A DNA stretch of 32,000 nt from Wolbachia endosymbiont of Dirofilaria (Dirofilaria) immitis (GTDB taxonomy: Bacteria > Pseudomonadota > Alphaproteobacteria > Rickettsiales > Anaplasmataceae): contig NZ_CP046578.1 in NCBI RefSeq assembly GCF_013365455.1, positions 750,001 to 782,000 on the forward strand, in the 5' to 3' direction. Positions 21,710 to 32,000 of the stretch are shown here, piece after piece (position 1 is the first letter of the stretch; the number at the start of each line of letters is the position of its first letter). The notes beneath the pieces were generated by a model. The model did not search any database. It saw only the letters and a list, made by a program, of their open reading frames with translations, and was not told the DNA's origin. The translations under genes and the position numbers were made by a program.

Positions 21710-22394
21710 TTACAGCTCTATAGATTACAACTCCATAAAGTTAAAACTATAATCCAGATATTGCAAAGGTTTTATTGGATATAATGGTAAAAACATACTA
21801 TTTTCAATCAGTATATAACGAAATATTAGCTATTTTTATTCAGTGGCATCAAATATTTGTTGAGATCAGTAACTAATCTAAACTAAAACTTTCGTTTATC
21901 AGGTAGCAAGTAAAGCTTTGAATGAGTTGAATGTATGGTTTAATTTTAGCATTCCTATTTCTCCAACTTTAACAGGAAGCTCTGAGATATAGTATCAGTT
22001 ATGCACTGTAGGCCTTCTAGTGAGATTTTCACATATTTTTCAACTCCGCTCTAATATCATAATACACAAGCTTTTTCTTTAAATTCTCTCTATGATCTAT
22101 CTAAACTAGCTAATATATACTGAAGTAAATTGCTTTGCAAGCTTCCTCTGATGGCGCATTGACAACTTTTCTAACAAGGCGCTATCTCATAGTATTACAG
22201 CTTCTTCAAAAACCATATATAATATAGCTTTATAGCTACATTAACTACTAATATATACCATAGGTAAAAACTAAATTATTACAATAAATCAACCTTACCA
22301 TTTGTATCATATAAAATTTTTGTTTTAAACTTGTTTTAGGTAATAAAAATTATTAAAGAACATCGATAATGATACTATTGTATCTATGCCATAG

Positions 22395-22468
22395 TGGGAT
22401 TGGTAGGACTCGAACCTACGACCAATTCGTTATGAGCGAACTGCTCTAACCAACTGAGCTACAATCCC
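22395..22468 (-). tRNA. tRNA with CAU anticodon (elongator Met or Ile2)
   Basis: Minus-strand cloverleaf GGGATTG...CAATCCCA, anticodon arm GTTCG-CTCATAA-CGAAT, T-arm GTAGG-TTCGAGT-CCTAC. CCA not encoded. Met vs lysidine-modified Ile2 not resolvable by eye. Confidence 0.94.
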
Positions 22469-22510
22469 TTCCATTAGGGTATGATAATACACATAAAAAC
22501 AAATTTGTCA

Positions 22511-22834
22511 TTAGCTTATTTTACTATCAACCCAACTTGATAAATCATTTACTATACCAATTTTACGTGCAATTTCCCTACCATCTTGAAATATGATCAA
22601 AGTAGGTATAGATTGAATTCCACATTCGCTTGGAACCTCAGTTCCTTCACTTACATTGAACTTGCAGATTTTGATCTCACCTTTTTTATCTTGAGCCAAT
22701 TGCTCAATATATGGCATTAAACTTTTACACGGTCTACACCACTCTGCCCAAAAATCTACTAATACAAACCCCTTATAGTCAATGACTTCAGACTTAAAAT
22801 TCCGATCATCTATTGATTTAATACCACCACCCAT
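22511..22834 (-). CDS. trxA: Thioredoxin
   Basis: 107-aa ORF; VLVDFWAEWCRPCKSLMPYIEQLA and cis-Pro region GIQSIPTLIIFQDGRE. Confidence 0.92.
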   Translation of the reverse strand: MGGGIKSIDDRNFKSEVIDYKGFVLVDFWAEWCRPCKSLMPYIEQLAQDKKGEIKICKFNVSEGTEVPSECGIQSIPTLIIFQDGREIARKIGIVNDLSSWVDSKIS

Positions 22835-22954
22835 AAAACACTTAACTTAACTAAAATAGTTATAACATACTTACCAGTAACTAATCAATTAAATTCTTCT
22901 AAGTAGCCTGAAAAATTGTTATAAAGTCTGCATAAAGACATAAAGAAAAAAACA

Positions 22955-23575
22955 TTACACCTGATGACTAAAAATATCTATATTCTCCCATCCCATTAGA
23001 TCTAATCTAACACGAACAGGAAGAAATTCAAAGCACTTTTGTGCCAATTCTTTTCTGTTTTCACGCTCCAGCATTGAATCTAGCTTTTCCTTTATTTTAT
23101 GGAGATATAAAATATCAGACGCGGCGTAACTTTTTTGTTTATCTGTTAAACTTTCATTCCCCCAATCAGAAGATTGTTGTTGCTTATTTAACTTGATATC
23201 AAGCAGCTCCAAGCATAACTCCTTTAAACTGTGGTTGTCTGTATAAGTGCGAACTAAACGTGAAGCTATTTTTGTACAATAGCATGGCAGTGCCCAGATT
23301 CCTAAATAGTAGCGTATTATGCTAACATCAAACCGTGCAAAGTGAAATATTTTAGTTATATTTTCATCACTCAATATTTTTTTTAAATTTGGAGCTGTAT
23401 AACCATTTTTAAATTGAATCAAGTGAGCACTCCCATCATCAAAAGAGAGCTGCACAAGGCATAACCTATCCCTGCCATGAAGTAGCCCCATTGCCTCTGT
23501 GTCAACAGCTATAGACCTTATGTTGCCTGGTACTAAGCTAGTCGGTAAGTCATCCTCATATACAAATATCCTCAT
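22955..23575 (-). CDS. rnd: Ribonuclease D-like 3'-5' exonuclease (short form, catalytic domain only)
   Basis: 206-aa ORF; DEDDy motifs VDTEAMGLL, IFHFARFDVSII, YAASDILYL. No HRDC domains. Confidence 0.9.
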   Translation of the reverse strand: MRIFVYEDDLPTSLVPGNIRSIAVDTEAMGLLHGRDRLCLVQLSFDDGSAHLIQFKNGYTAPNLKKILSDENITKIFHFARFDVSIIRYYLGIWALPCYCTKIASRLVRTYTDNHSLKELCLELLDIKLNKQQQSSDWGNESLTDKQKSYAASDILYLHKIKEKLDSMLERENRKELAQKCFEFLPVRVRLDLMGWENIDIFSHQV

Positions 23576-23719
23576 AAGGCTTTGCAGAATACTGAAAGAT
23601 CAATAATAATTGAAAGTGAGTTTTAAGTACACAAATATATAGATACAGTTCTTAAATTTTTAGGACGCATAGGGTTTACAAATTGTTGTATGTACCTATA
23701 ATTTAAGATCAGATTAACC

Positions 23720-23792
23720 GCGGAAGTAGTTCAGTTGGTAGAACGCAACCTTGCCAAGGTTGAGGCCGAGGGTTCGAGCCCCTTCTCCCGCT
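23720..23792 (+). tRNA. tRNA-Gly (anticodon GCC)
   Basis: Cloverleaf GCGGAAG...CTCCCGCT, anticodon arm CAACC-TTGCCAA-GGTTG (GCC), T-loop TTCGAGC. CCA not encoded. One A.C mismatch in the acceptor stem. Confidence 0.94.
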
Positions 23793-24203
23793 CTTTACCT
23801 TAAAATTACTTAATCAAAAATCCCTCAATTTCTCTTACCTTAAAAACTATTTGTTCACTTTAGCACCCTATACAAACTAGAGTATTTAGCATCCCATGTT
23901 GAAACTTTTTGTACTATATACAATTTCATATTTTTATAAAACTTCCGTATTTTTGCCTACAAAAGCTAAAATGTATCCATAAGGCACTCATGGTAGCAAA
24001 AAACGCTAAATAAACAAGAAAGTATTTGAATACTAGCTGCTCTAGATCTCCTTTGCCTTTTTTAGCTTAGCAATTTTTTAAAGTACTTATAGCTCAAAAT
24101 AACTACTCAAACTATCAACAACCATCACTCTGTTATGTACTAATGGCTGAGAGATAGCATTAATGAACTGCAGCATGCCAAATAGAGAAATCTAAATAAG
24201 CTT

Positions 24204-24542
24204 TCAATTAATAACAGCCAAAGCCCTTTCCGAAATATCAATTTCTTCTATATCTATAACTTTATTACCTTTATCAAACAAAATCTGCAGAGATTTACTA
24301 CTATACTTTCTTCTTCCTAAGAAATTAGATTGTTTTATTTTATACGAGATATAATACCAAACATTTTCATCAAACTGAGATATTAATGTTGGTGCTCCCA
24401 AAGTATGAAGCACTTTTTCTTTATCATCACCTGTTTTTATCTTGCTCCATAACTCAACACTAATACCTGGAGCTCCATGATTATAAACGGTATGTGTGCA
24501 GTTTGTTAAAAATAATAGAGCTAAGGATATCAATACTCGCAT
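24204..24542 (-). CDS. bamE: BamE/SmpA-like outer-membrane assembly lipoprotein
   Basis: 112-aa ORF with signal peptide and candidate lipobox (ALLFLTNC), then KIKTGDDKEKVLHTLGAPTLISQFDENVWYYISYK, the SmpA/OmlA pattern. Confidence 0.75.
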   Translation of the reverse strand: MRVLISLALLFLTNCTHTVYNHGAPGISVELWSKIKTGDDKEKVLHTLGAPTLISQFDENVWYYISYKIKQSNFLGRRKYSSKSLQILFDKGNKVIDIEEIDISERALAVIN

Positions 24543-24614
24543 CTCTTTGATAAACCACTGTGAGAGTACAATACATTAGTAAACTACTTATAGTCAAATT
24601 TTACAAAAGTTAAA

Positions 24615-24645
24615 TTGACTGATCTTTGGTATTGCTTAATATAAT
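24615..24645 (+). promoter_or_regulatory. Putative promoter upstream of nrdB
   Basis: TTGACT (24615-24620), 19 nt, TATAAT (24640-24645), ending about 30 nt before the nrdB ATG. The spacer is longer than optimal. Confidence 0.3.
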
Positions 24646-24675
24646 ATTTACTTTAAGAAAATAATTAGGTGCCCT

Positions 24676-25671
24676 ATGTCATTGCTAAAATCAGATCCAA
24701 TATATAAGCCCTTTAATTACCCCTGGGCATATGATGCTTGGCTACAGCAGCAAAGGATACATTGGATACCTGAAGAAGTTTCACTTGCTGATGATGTAAA
24801 GGATTGGAAAACTAAGCTTTCAGGTATAGAAAAAAACCTGCTAACTCAGATTTTCAGATTCTTCACCCAAGCAGATATTGAAGTAAACAACTGCTACATG
24901 AGGCATTACACAAATATATTTAAACCAACAGAAATATGCATGATGCTTGCAAGCTTTTCCAACATGGAAACTATACATATTGCAGCCTATTCATACCTTC
25001 TAGATACAATTGGTATGCCAGAAAGTGAGTACCAAGCATTTTTAAAATATGATGCTACAAGAAAGAAGTATGAGTACATGCTGGAGTTTGAAGAGAGTAA
25101 AAAACACGATAAAAAACATGTAGCTAAAACTCTAGCAGTGTTTGGTGCGTTTACTGAGGGACTACAGTTATTTGCATCTTTTGCAATTCTTCTTAATTTT
25201 CAACGCTTTGGAAAAATGAAAGGTATGGGACAAATAATCTCCTGGTCAGTACGCGACGAAACTTTACACACTAACTCAATTATTAATTTATTTAATACTT
25301 TTATTAAAGAAAATAATGAAATTTGGAATGAAGAGTTTAAAGAGGAACTATATTCTGCATGCCGCACTATTGTTAAACTTGAAGACGAATTTATAAAGCT
25401 TGCTTTTGATTTAGGAGACGTTGAAGGATTATCTGCAGAGGAAGTGCGCAATTATATACGCTACATAGCAAACAGAAGATTAACACAGTTGAATTTGAAA
25501 CCTATATATGATATTAGTAATAATCCTCTCCCGTGGCTTGATGAAATACTAAATGGTGTAGAACATACAAACTTCTTTGAAAACAGAGTAACAGAATACA
25601 GCCGTGCAGCAACTCAAGGTACATGGGAAGAAGCTTTCGCTGAAAACGATACTAACAATAAAGAGAGCTAA
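24676..25671 (+). CDS. nrdB: Ribonucleoside-diphosphate reductase beta subunit (class I)
   Basis: 331-aa ORF; RFFTQADIEVNNCYMRHY, METIHIAAYSYLLDTIG (ExxH plus radical-site Tyr), GAFTEGLQLFASFAILLNF, SVRDETLHT. Confidence 0.95.
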   Translation: MSLLKSDPIYKPFNYPWAYDAWLQQQRIHWIPEEVSLADDVKDWKTKLSGIEKNLLTQIFRFFTQADIEVNNCYMRHYTNIFKPTEICMMLASFSNMETIHIAAYSYLLDTIGMPESEYQAFLKYDATRKKYEYMLEFEESKKHDKKHVAKTLAVFGAFTEGLQLFASFAILLNFQRFGKMKGMGQIISWSVRDETLHTNSIINLFNTFIKENNEIWNEEFKEELYSACRTIVKLEDEFIKLAFDLGDVEGLSAEEVRNYIRYIANRRLTQLNLKPIYDISNNPLPWLDEILNGVEHTNFFENRVTEYSRAATQGTWEEAFAENDTNNKES

Positions 25672-26277
25672 TCAGCTTCCTTGTGCACTATCTCCCGTCA
25701 TTCAAGTAGCTTTTTATATTTGTATTTAAAATTAATGAAGCATCATTATCAAAACAACTAGTCTCATAGAATAAGTGATTTATATTTTATTTATAACATA
25801 TAAATCACTTATATAAACTCTAGAATACAAAATAAACTTTTAGAAAACCGTAAGTATAAAAAGGAGCATAAGTATCATTTGCTTAGATTATTTAATGACG
25901 GTAAAAATAGTAGCAACAATAGAAGCTAGCTATACTAAGTATTTTAATAGATCTTATGCTGAGCATCGCAACTTATTCCCTTTGACAATAAGTATAATTA
26001 CCAGCCACATCTCTGTAATACTATTAATTGTAAATTTCACCACAATTCTTCCCCTACCAGAGATCTAAACGATCATAATATAAGCAAATTATTAAAAGCA
26101 ATTATGTACTCAAGCAGGCTATTTATCATAAACATTGCACTGGAATCGGTTTTATCATATTATTACATATGATATTATCTCATAATTAAATTAAATTCTT
26201 TACTAACCTCATTGTAGCATGATACCATAATTAGGATCACTACAGAAGTAAAAAAATATATCTAACAAACCAATCAC

Positions 26278-26302
26278 AAAGAAAGAAAGAAAGAAAGAAA
26301 GA
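26278..26302. repeat. (GAAA)n tetranucleotide microsatellite
   Basis: aaa + five GAAA units + GA, 25 nt pure, followed by GAGAA. Confidence 0.95.
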
Positions 26303-26405
26303 GAGAATCTAAGCCTTCTCGACAAGGTAAAACAAGAACACCTATTGAATGAAAAGTTAAGTGAAACCAGCCATAGTAATATAAAAGACAAGCAAATCCA
26401 AGCTC

Positions 26406-29006
26406 CTAATTTACTAGAGTAATCGCGCCATGGCAGTGCTTATATTTTTTTCCTGAGTTACAAGGACATTTATCGTTTCTTGAGACTTTAGGAAAGTTGT
26501 TTCTTTTAGTAAAATATAATCTGTTGCCTATTTCTTGGTTATCTGATAACTTAAAATACGCCAGGCGATGAACAGTAAGCTCCTTCCATTTTTTAAGCAT
26601 CGACTCAAATATCAAAAAAGCTTCACGTTTAAATTCATTCAATGGATCCTTCTGTCCCATGGCACGTAAATTTATGCTTTGTCTTAAGCTTTCTAAAATT
26701 GAAAGGTGTTCTCTCCATAGATGATCAAGTGTTATGACCATCACTTGCTTCACTACCTTATTCCATAAATCTGTAGTATACTGACTATTAAAATACTCCT
26801 CTTTTTCAGTAAAAAACTTTCGCATCTTATCATTTATATAACCCAATGCTTCTTGTTTATTCAAAAATTCTGCTAAAGCTTCTTTATTAAGTGCCATCCC
26901 ATACCTTGTACAGAATTCTTTGACAATATCATCAATATAATCCTCATAATAACCACTTTGCACCACACTTTCTATTACTTCCTTATTCACTTCACTATAT
27001 ACTTCAAATAAATCATTAATTTCATTACCTAAGATATGATTTCTCTGTTCAAAAATAACTTTACGTTGATTATTAATCACATCATCAAACCTAAGCAGAG
27101 ATTTTCGCACATCATAGTTTCGAGCTTCAACTTTTTTCTGTGCTTTCTCAAGCGCCTTATTGAGCCACGGATGATGAATCGCTTCGTTGTTTTTCAGCCC
27201 TATCCTTTGTAAAAAGCTTCTCACCCTATTAGAACCAAATATTCTCATTAAATCATCTTCAAGCGACAAAAAGAACTTAGAAAGTCCAGGATCACCTTGA
27301 CGGCCAGAGCGACCACGTAATTGATCATCTATTCTCCTACTTTCATGCCTCTCGGTTCCAATGACACATAAACCACCAGCTTTTATAGCAATTTCCCTAT
27401 CTTTTTTTACTCTTTCAACTATCTCTTGATATTTTTTTTCTCTTTCATCAGCATCTTTTACTTTTTTCAACTCCACTTTTGCTATCATTTCAACATTTCT
27501 GCCAAGCTGAATATCAGTTCCACGTCCTGCCATGTTAGTTGCTATAGTAATACTACCTGGTGCTCCAGCTTGTGCTATTATGTATGCCTCTTGTTCATGG
27601 TAGCGAGCATTCAATACTGAATGCTTAAGAGAGTGACTTCGCAAAAGCGCAGAAAGCTTCTCAGAATTTTCAATGCTTACTGTACCGACAAGGACTGGTT
27701 GAAGACGCTTATGGCATTCCTCTATAAATTTTAATACAGCATTAAACTTTTCTTTTTCTGTGCCATAAATCTCATCATCAGCATCTATTCTCTTTACAGG
27801 CACATTAGTTGGAACTTTTACTACATTTAGCCTATATATATCACGAAATTCTTCTGCCTCTGCTGCTGCTGTTCCAGTCATACCAGAGAGTTTATTGTAC
27901 ATACGAAAATAATTCTGAAATGTGACTGATGCTAAAGTTTGGTTCTCATGCTGAACCTCAAGATTTTCCTTCGCCTCAAGTGCTTGGTGAAGACCATCAG
28001 AATACCTTCTACCCTCTATGATACGTCCAGTAAACTCATCGATAATCACTACCTTGCCATCCTTTATTATATAATCTTTATCAACAGTAAACAGCTCATG
28101 CGCACGCAATGCTTGATCCACATAATGAGTCATTATCATATTATTGGTATCATATAGTGAAGAATTCTCAGGAATGAGATTATATGATTTAAGTAGCTCT
28201 TCTACTCGTGAAATACCATCTTCAGTAAGGAATACTGCTCTACCCTTTTTATCTACCTCATAATCAGAACTAACTAACTTAGTAACTATTTTATCTATGC
28301 GCTTATATATCTGATTGTTTTCTTCAACTGGACCAGAAATAATAAGCGGAGTCCGTGCTTCATCGATTAATATGGAATCTACTTCATCTACTATTGCATA
28401 ATTGAAACCTCTATGAACCATATCCTCTTGAGAAAATTTCATATTGTCCCGAAGGTAATCGAAAGCAAGCTCATTGTTCGTTGAATACACAATATCTGCA
28501 CCATAAGCTTCTTTCCTCTCTGCATCTGTTAAACCATTTATAATAAATGCAACAGAGACACCAAGAGAATTATATAACTTACTCATCCATTCTGCATCAC
28601 GTTTTGCAAGGTAGTCGTTAACAGTTACAACATGTACACCTTTCCCCTCCAAAGAATTAAGGTATGCAGCTAAAGTTGCAACAAGTGTCTTTCCCTCTCC
28701 TGTTTTCATCTCTGATATCATACCATTATGAAGGACCATTCCACCAATTAGCTGAACATCAAAGTGCCTCATATTAAGAAACCTACGAGAGGCTTCACGT
28801 ACAACTGCAAAAGCAGGCACAAGAAGATTATTTAATGTTTTTCCATTCTTTAATTCTCGTTTAAACTCTTTAGTCTTACCAGCAAGTTCCTCATCAGATA
28901 AGCTCCTCATTTTCAGCTCTAGTGCATTTACTTGTTGAACAATCTTTTTAAAAGAATTCATTAGCTTCCTGTTCGTCATCCTCCTTACAAAAAGGAGAGA
29001 CAACAT
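26406..29006 (-). CDS. secA: Preprotein translocase ATPase SecA
   Basis: The track ORF extends to 29072, but SecA homology ([23 protein letters not shown]) supports a start near the ATG at 29006. [52 protein letters not shown]-terminal zinc motif [12 protein letters not shown]. Confidence 0.95.
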   Translation of the reverse strand: MLSLLFVRRMTNRKLMNSFKKIVQQVNALELKMRSLSDEELAGKTKEFKRELKNGKTLNNLLVPAFAVVREASRRFLNMRHFDVQLIGGMVLHNGMISEMKTGEGKTLVATLAAYLNSLEGKGVHVVTVNDYLAKRDAEWMSKLYNSLGVSVAFIINGLTDAERKEAYGADIVYSTNNELAFDYLRDNMKFSQEDMVHRGFNYAIVDEVDSILIDEARTPLIISGPVEENNQIYKRIDKIVTKLVSSDYEVDKKGRAVFLTEDGISRVEELLKSYNLIPENSSLYDTNNMIMTHYVDQALRAHELFTVDKDYIIKDGKVVIIDEFTGRIIEGRRYSDGLHQALEAKENLEVQHENQTLASVTFQNYFRMYNKLSGMTGTAAAEAEEFRDIYRLNVVKVPTNVPVKRIDADDEIYGTEKEKFNAVLKFIEECHKRLQPVLVGTVSIENSEKLSALLRSHSLKHSVLNARYHEQEAYIIAQAGAPGSITIATNMAGRGTDIQLGRNVEMIAKVELKKVKDADEREKKYQEIVERVKKDREIAIKAGGLCVIGTERHESRRIDDQLRGRSGRQGDPGLSKFFLSLEDDLMRIFGSNRVRSFLQRIGLKNNEAIHHPWLNKALEKAQKKVEARNYDVRKSLLRFDDVINNQRKVIFEQRNHILGNEINDLFEVYSEVNKEVIESVVQSGYYEDYIDDIVKEFCTRYGMALNKEALAEFLNKQEALGYINDKMRKFFTEKEEYFNSQYTTDLWNKVVKQVMVITLDHLWREHLSILESLRQSINLRAMGQKDPLNEFKREAFLIFESMLKKWKELTVHRLAYFKLSDNQEIGNRLYFTKRNNFPKVSRNDKCPCNSGKKYKHCHGAITLVN

Positions 29007-30386
29007 CAAAATGAAGAACATAATAATAGCTATTAAAATTACAGTAAAACTTGACATAAATTTAAGCAACATCTCATTTAATTATGAGATTATATTACCA
29101 AACACAGCCTACAGCAATGATATATTAGATTTAGAAACATTTACTTATATATTAAGATAATAAACAAAAATGTACTCACCAATTCTTTTTTTTTGAAATT
29201 TATTTACTAACATATAAAGAATCTGTTGTATTATCTTAGATATCTAATAATCTTTAATTCTTAAATAAAGTTTTTCATAGAATATAAGTAGAAATAACAA
29301 TCTGAAAACTTAATAATCCTACATTTAAATAAAGAAGAGAATTGACTTAGGCCCAAAAACTAAAGACTACAATATGCATTGTGTCTCAAAAAATACTACT
29401 TTTGAAGATTCATTTGCTGATAGAAGTAATAGAAAGCTGCAAAAAGAAATTTTTGGCCAAGCAAAACCTGAACGTAAGAACAATAATGTTACACTTGCTA
29501 TTTATATTAACATCAACGCGAATTTTCAAAAAGGTACAAAAAAGTAAGGAAGCATGATGAAATAGAAAATTTCCTACTTAAACTAAGGTTTATAGTCAAT
29601 CAACACAATCATTTAGGATGATTATATCTTCTTATTAAGAAAGAAATAGAGAACATAGTTAAAATATCAGACAAAAGACATTTTTTTTACATAGTTTTTA
29701 ACTCCACACTCAGAAAAGTAGAAAAGTAACAGTAAAAACGTAGGTGGCAAAGTTTTCTTATCTAACAAGAAAAGACAATCATCTAAAGAAAATTATAGAA
29801 CACTTTTATAGTCTCAAACATAAAAAAATCTAGATGAATTTTGGCAAACCTCCATCTAAAGTTAGAATCCTGTTCAAAGTAAATTCTAAAAATATAAAGG
29901 AACCATTGACTATACACAACTCAAGCAGATTATTGATAAAAACGTTAAGTTATTTACCCTTAATTTTAGCATAAGCAAATACCCGTATAAAGAAGCTCAT
30001 ATATAAATATACCAAATTGTTTAAAATACTTCTACTTAGTGCTAATAGAAAAAGATCATCTTGGAGATTTATTAAATAAATCGATGATAGACACTCTGAT
30101 TTTAGGTGATCTGAGAAAGCAAAAACGTCAATTTGAAACAGCTTCTCTAATTAAAAAGAAATAACATAAACCTAGATCATTTTGAAGTTGTTAAACCATC
30201 CACAAATTTCAGTACCGTTTACTGTTTTCTGGATAGTTTTCAAAAAGCAAAAGAACCATTTAAATGAGACTTACCTATTCTCAAAAAGCATCATATAGCT
30301 AACCACCCAGGAAGTCATTAAACTATTGATAAAACTAGATGACATTTAGTTTTTTAGCAATAATGAATTAACAAGAACTCATTGTA

Positions 30387-31541
30387 TTATACTCCTAAAA
30401 TTAATCTATTAGGATCTTCTATATAATTTTTTATTTTAACAAGAAAAGTTACTGCTCCTTTACCGTCAACTATTTTGTGATCGTAAGAAAGAGCAATATA
30501 CATTGTAGGCCTAATTTCAATTGAGTTGCCTACAGCAACTGGCTTGTTCTGTATCGAATGCATTCCAAGTATTCCAGATTGTGGAGGATTTATTATTGGA
30601 GTGGAAAAAAGAGAACCGTACACTCCACCGTTTGAGATGGTGAATGTTGCACCTTCCATCTCCGATACTTGCAACTTACCTTCTCTGGCTCTTTTGCTAA
30701 GAGCAGCCAAAGCTAATTCGATTTCCGCAAATGATATCTGATCAGCACTTCGAATAACTGGCACAACAAGACCCTTATCAGTGCCAACAGCAACGCCTAT
30801 GTCATAGTAATGTTTATATACAATTTCATCACCTGAAATTTCAGCGTTAACTTCAGGAATTTCTTTTAAAGCTTGTACTGCTGCTTTTATAAAAAAGGGC
30901 ATAAAACCTAACTTTATTCCATATTTCTTTTCGAAAGTTTCCTTATATTTTGCTCTCAGATTTACTACACTTTGCATATCAACCTCATTAAATGTAGTCA
31001 GTATCGCAGCAGTGTTTTGTGAAGCCTTTAAACGAGCAGCAATTATTTGCCTTATTCTACTCATTTTTACTCGTTTTTCTCTTTGCTTTTCACTTGCTAA
31101 ACTTTTTGGCAGTTCATACATTACAGGCTGTTTTATTTTGCTCATATAGTCATCCACATCTGCTTTCGTTATTCTGCCTCCCATTCCAGTCCCTTTGATA
31201 CTCCCAGTACTGATTGCATTCTCTCCCATAATTTTATAAGCTGATGGAGCGTCTTTTCTAATAGAGGTTTTACCTTGATCTTCTTGTTGTACCTCTATCA
31301 CAGAAAGCTTCGCTAACAATTGACCTGGACTTATTACATCATCTTCTTTTACAAGAAATTCAGTTATTTGCCCTGAAGCTTCTGCAGTTAATTCAAGTGC
31401 TGCTTTGTCAGTTTCAACTTCAAAGATTAAGTCATCTACCTCTACTGTTTCACCAATACCTTTCTTTATTTTGACTATACCTTCCGTGACCGATTCGCCA
31501 CCAAGAGTTTCCGGCGCTCTGATTTCTATAATTTTACCCAT
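30387..31541 (-). CDS. sucB: Dihydrolipoyllysine succinyltransferase (2-oxoglutarate dehydrogenase E2)
   Basis: The track ORF starts at 31556 (GTG); the ATG at 31541 has GGAAGG 7 nt upstream. Lipoyl domain [13 protein letters not shown]3-binding domain [30 protein letters not shown], catalytic [16 protein letters not shown]. Confidence 0.92.
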   Translation of the reverse strand: MGKIIEIRAPETLGGESVTEGIVKIKKGIGETVEVDDLIFEVETDKAALELTAEASGQITEFLVKEDDVISPGQLLAKLSVIEVQQEDQGKTSIRKDAPSAYKIMGENAISTGSIKGTGMGGRITKADVDDYMSKIKQPVMYELPKSLASEKQREKRVKMSRIRQIIAARLKASQNTAAILTTFNEVDMQSVVNLRAKYKETFEKKYGIKLGFMPFFIKAAVQALKEIPEVNAEISGDEIVYKHYYDIGVAVGTDKGLVVPVIRSADQISFAEIELALAALSKRAREGKLQVSEMEGATFTISNGGVYGSLFSTPIINPPQSGILGMHSIQNKPVAVGNSIEIRPTMYIALSYDHKIVDGKGAVTFLVKIKNYIEDPNRLILGV

Positions 31542-32000
31542 AAAACAACCTTCCACAAAAACTTGCTATAATTTTATACATAAAAAGAAGCATACAATAA
31601 ACTAATAAATTTATTTAAGATTAAAAAGAAGCCTATTACAACTTGCTTTTTACTAGTTTAGCCCATGTATGTCAATCTCACTTACAAAGACTACTCTCGG
31701 AAGAAAAAAGATCCTCTACAACTTTTAAGCAAACTTCTTCACTCAGAATTGACAATTCTACCCTTACTCACCGCCAACATTAAACACTGAGTTTTGTAAG
31801 CTTTCCTAAGTAACATATATAAAAAACATTACCTCTTGCATAGTCCAACCATATGTTATAGATCCATTGATTTGCACTAAGACATAACAAAACTCTTCTT
31901 CAAAATCAGCTATTAAATGGATAAATATAAAAAGATCTTTGATCTCCAAAGCGCCAATAGACAAGTACATACACAGTTACTCGTTCCAGGTAAGATAAAA

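Noticed and set aside
26209-26391. 60-aa minus-strand ORF over the GAAA repeat
   Set aside because: Open frame is explained by the Ser/Leu/Phe-encoding microsatellite complement.

Overview
This 32 kb AT-rich window has a gene content and layout typical of an obligate intracellular alphaproteobacterium of the Anaplasmataceae, most likely Ehrlichia. That taxonomic call is inferred from protein style and low coding density; no database search was run. I support 18 confident protein-coding genes: aspS, an MHS/ProP-like MFS transporter, infC, thrS, nuoI, fabI, an RNase J gene, nuoF, nth, icd, a quinone-oxidoreductase-like gene, a uvrD/pcrA-type helicase, trxA, a short RNase D gene, a bamE-like lipoprotein, nrdB, secA and sucB. 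I also support three tRNAs: Pro-UGG, a CAU-anticodon tRNA (Met or Ile2), and Gly-GCC. By my count only about 65% of the window is coding. Long deserts lie at about 9.2-10.8, 13.2-14.5, 16.0-18.5 and 29.0-30.4 kb, and they show no clear tandem arrays, CRISPRs, transposons or defence genes. I did not find a convincing new biological system. The most worthwhile oddities are a WCRPC thioredoxin, a His-type AspRS specificity marker, a palindrome cluster in the 2.5 kb desert that shares an 11-mer with the qor/uvrD junction, start-less open stretches in the deserts, an infC TTG/ATT start question, an A.C mismatch in the tRNA-Gly acceptor stem, and a (GAAA)n tract between nrdB and secA.
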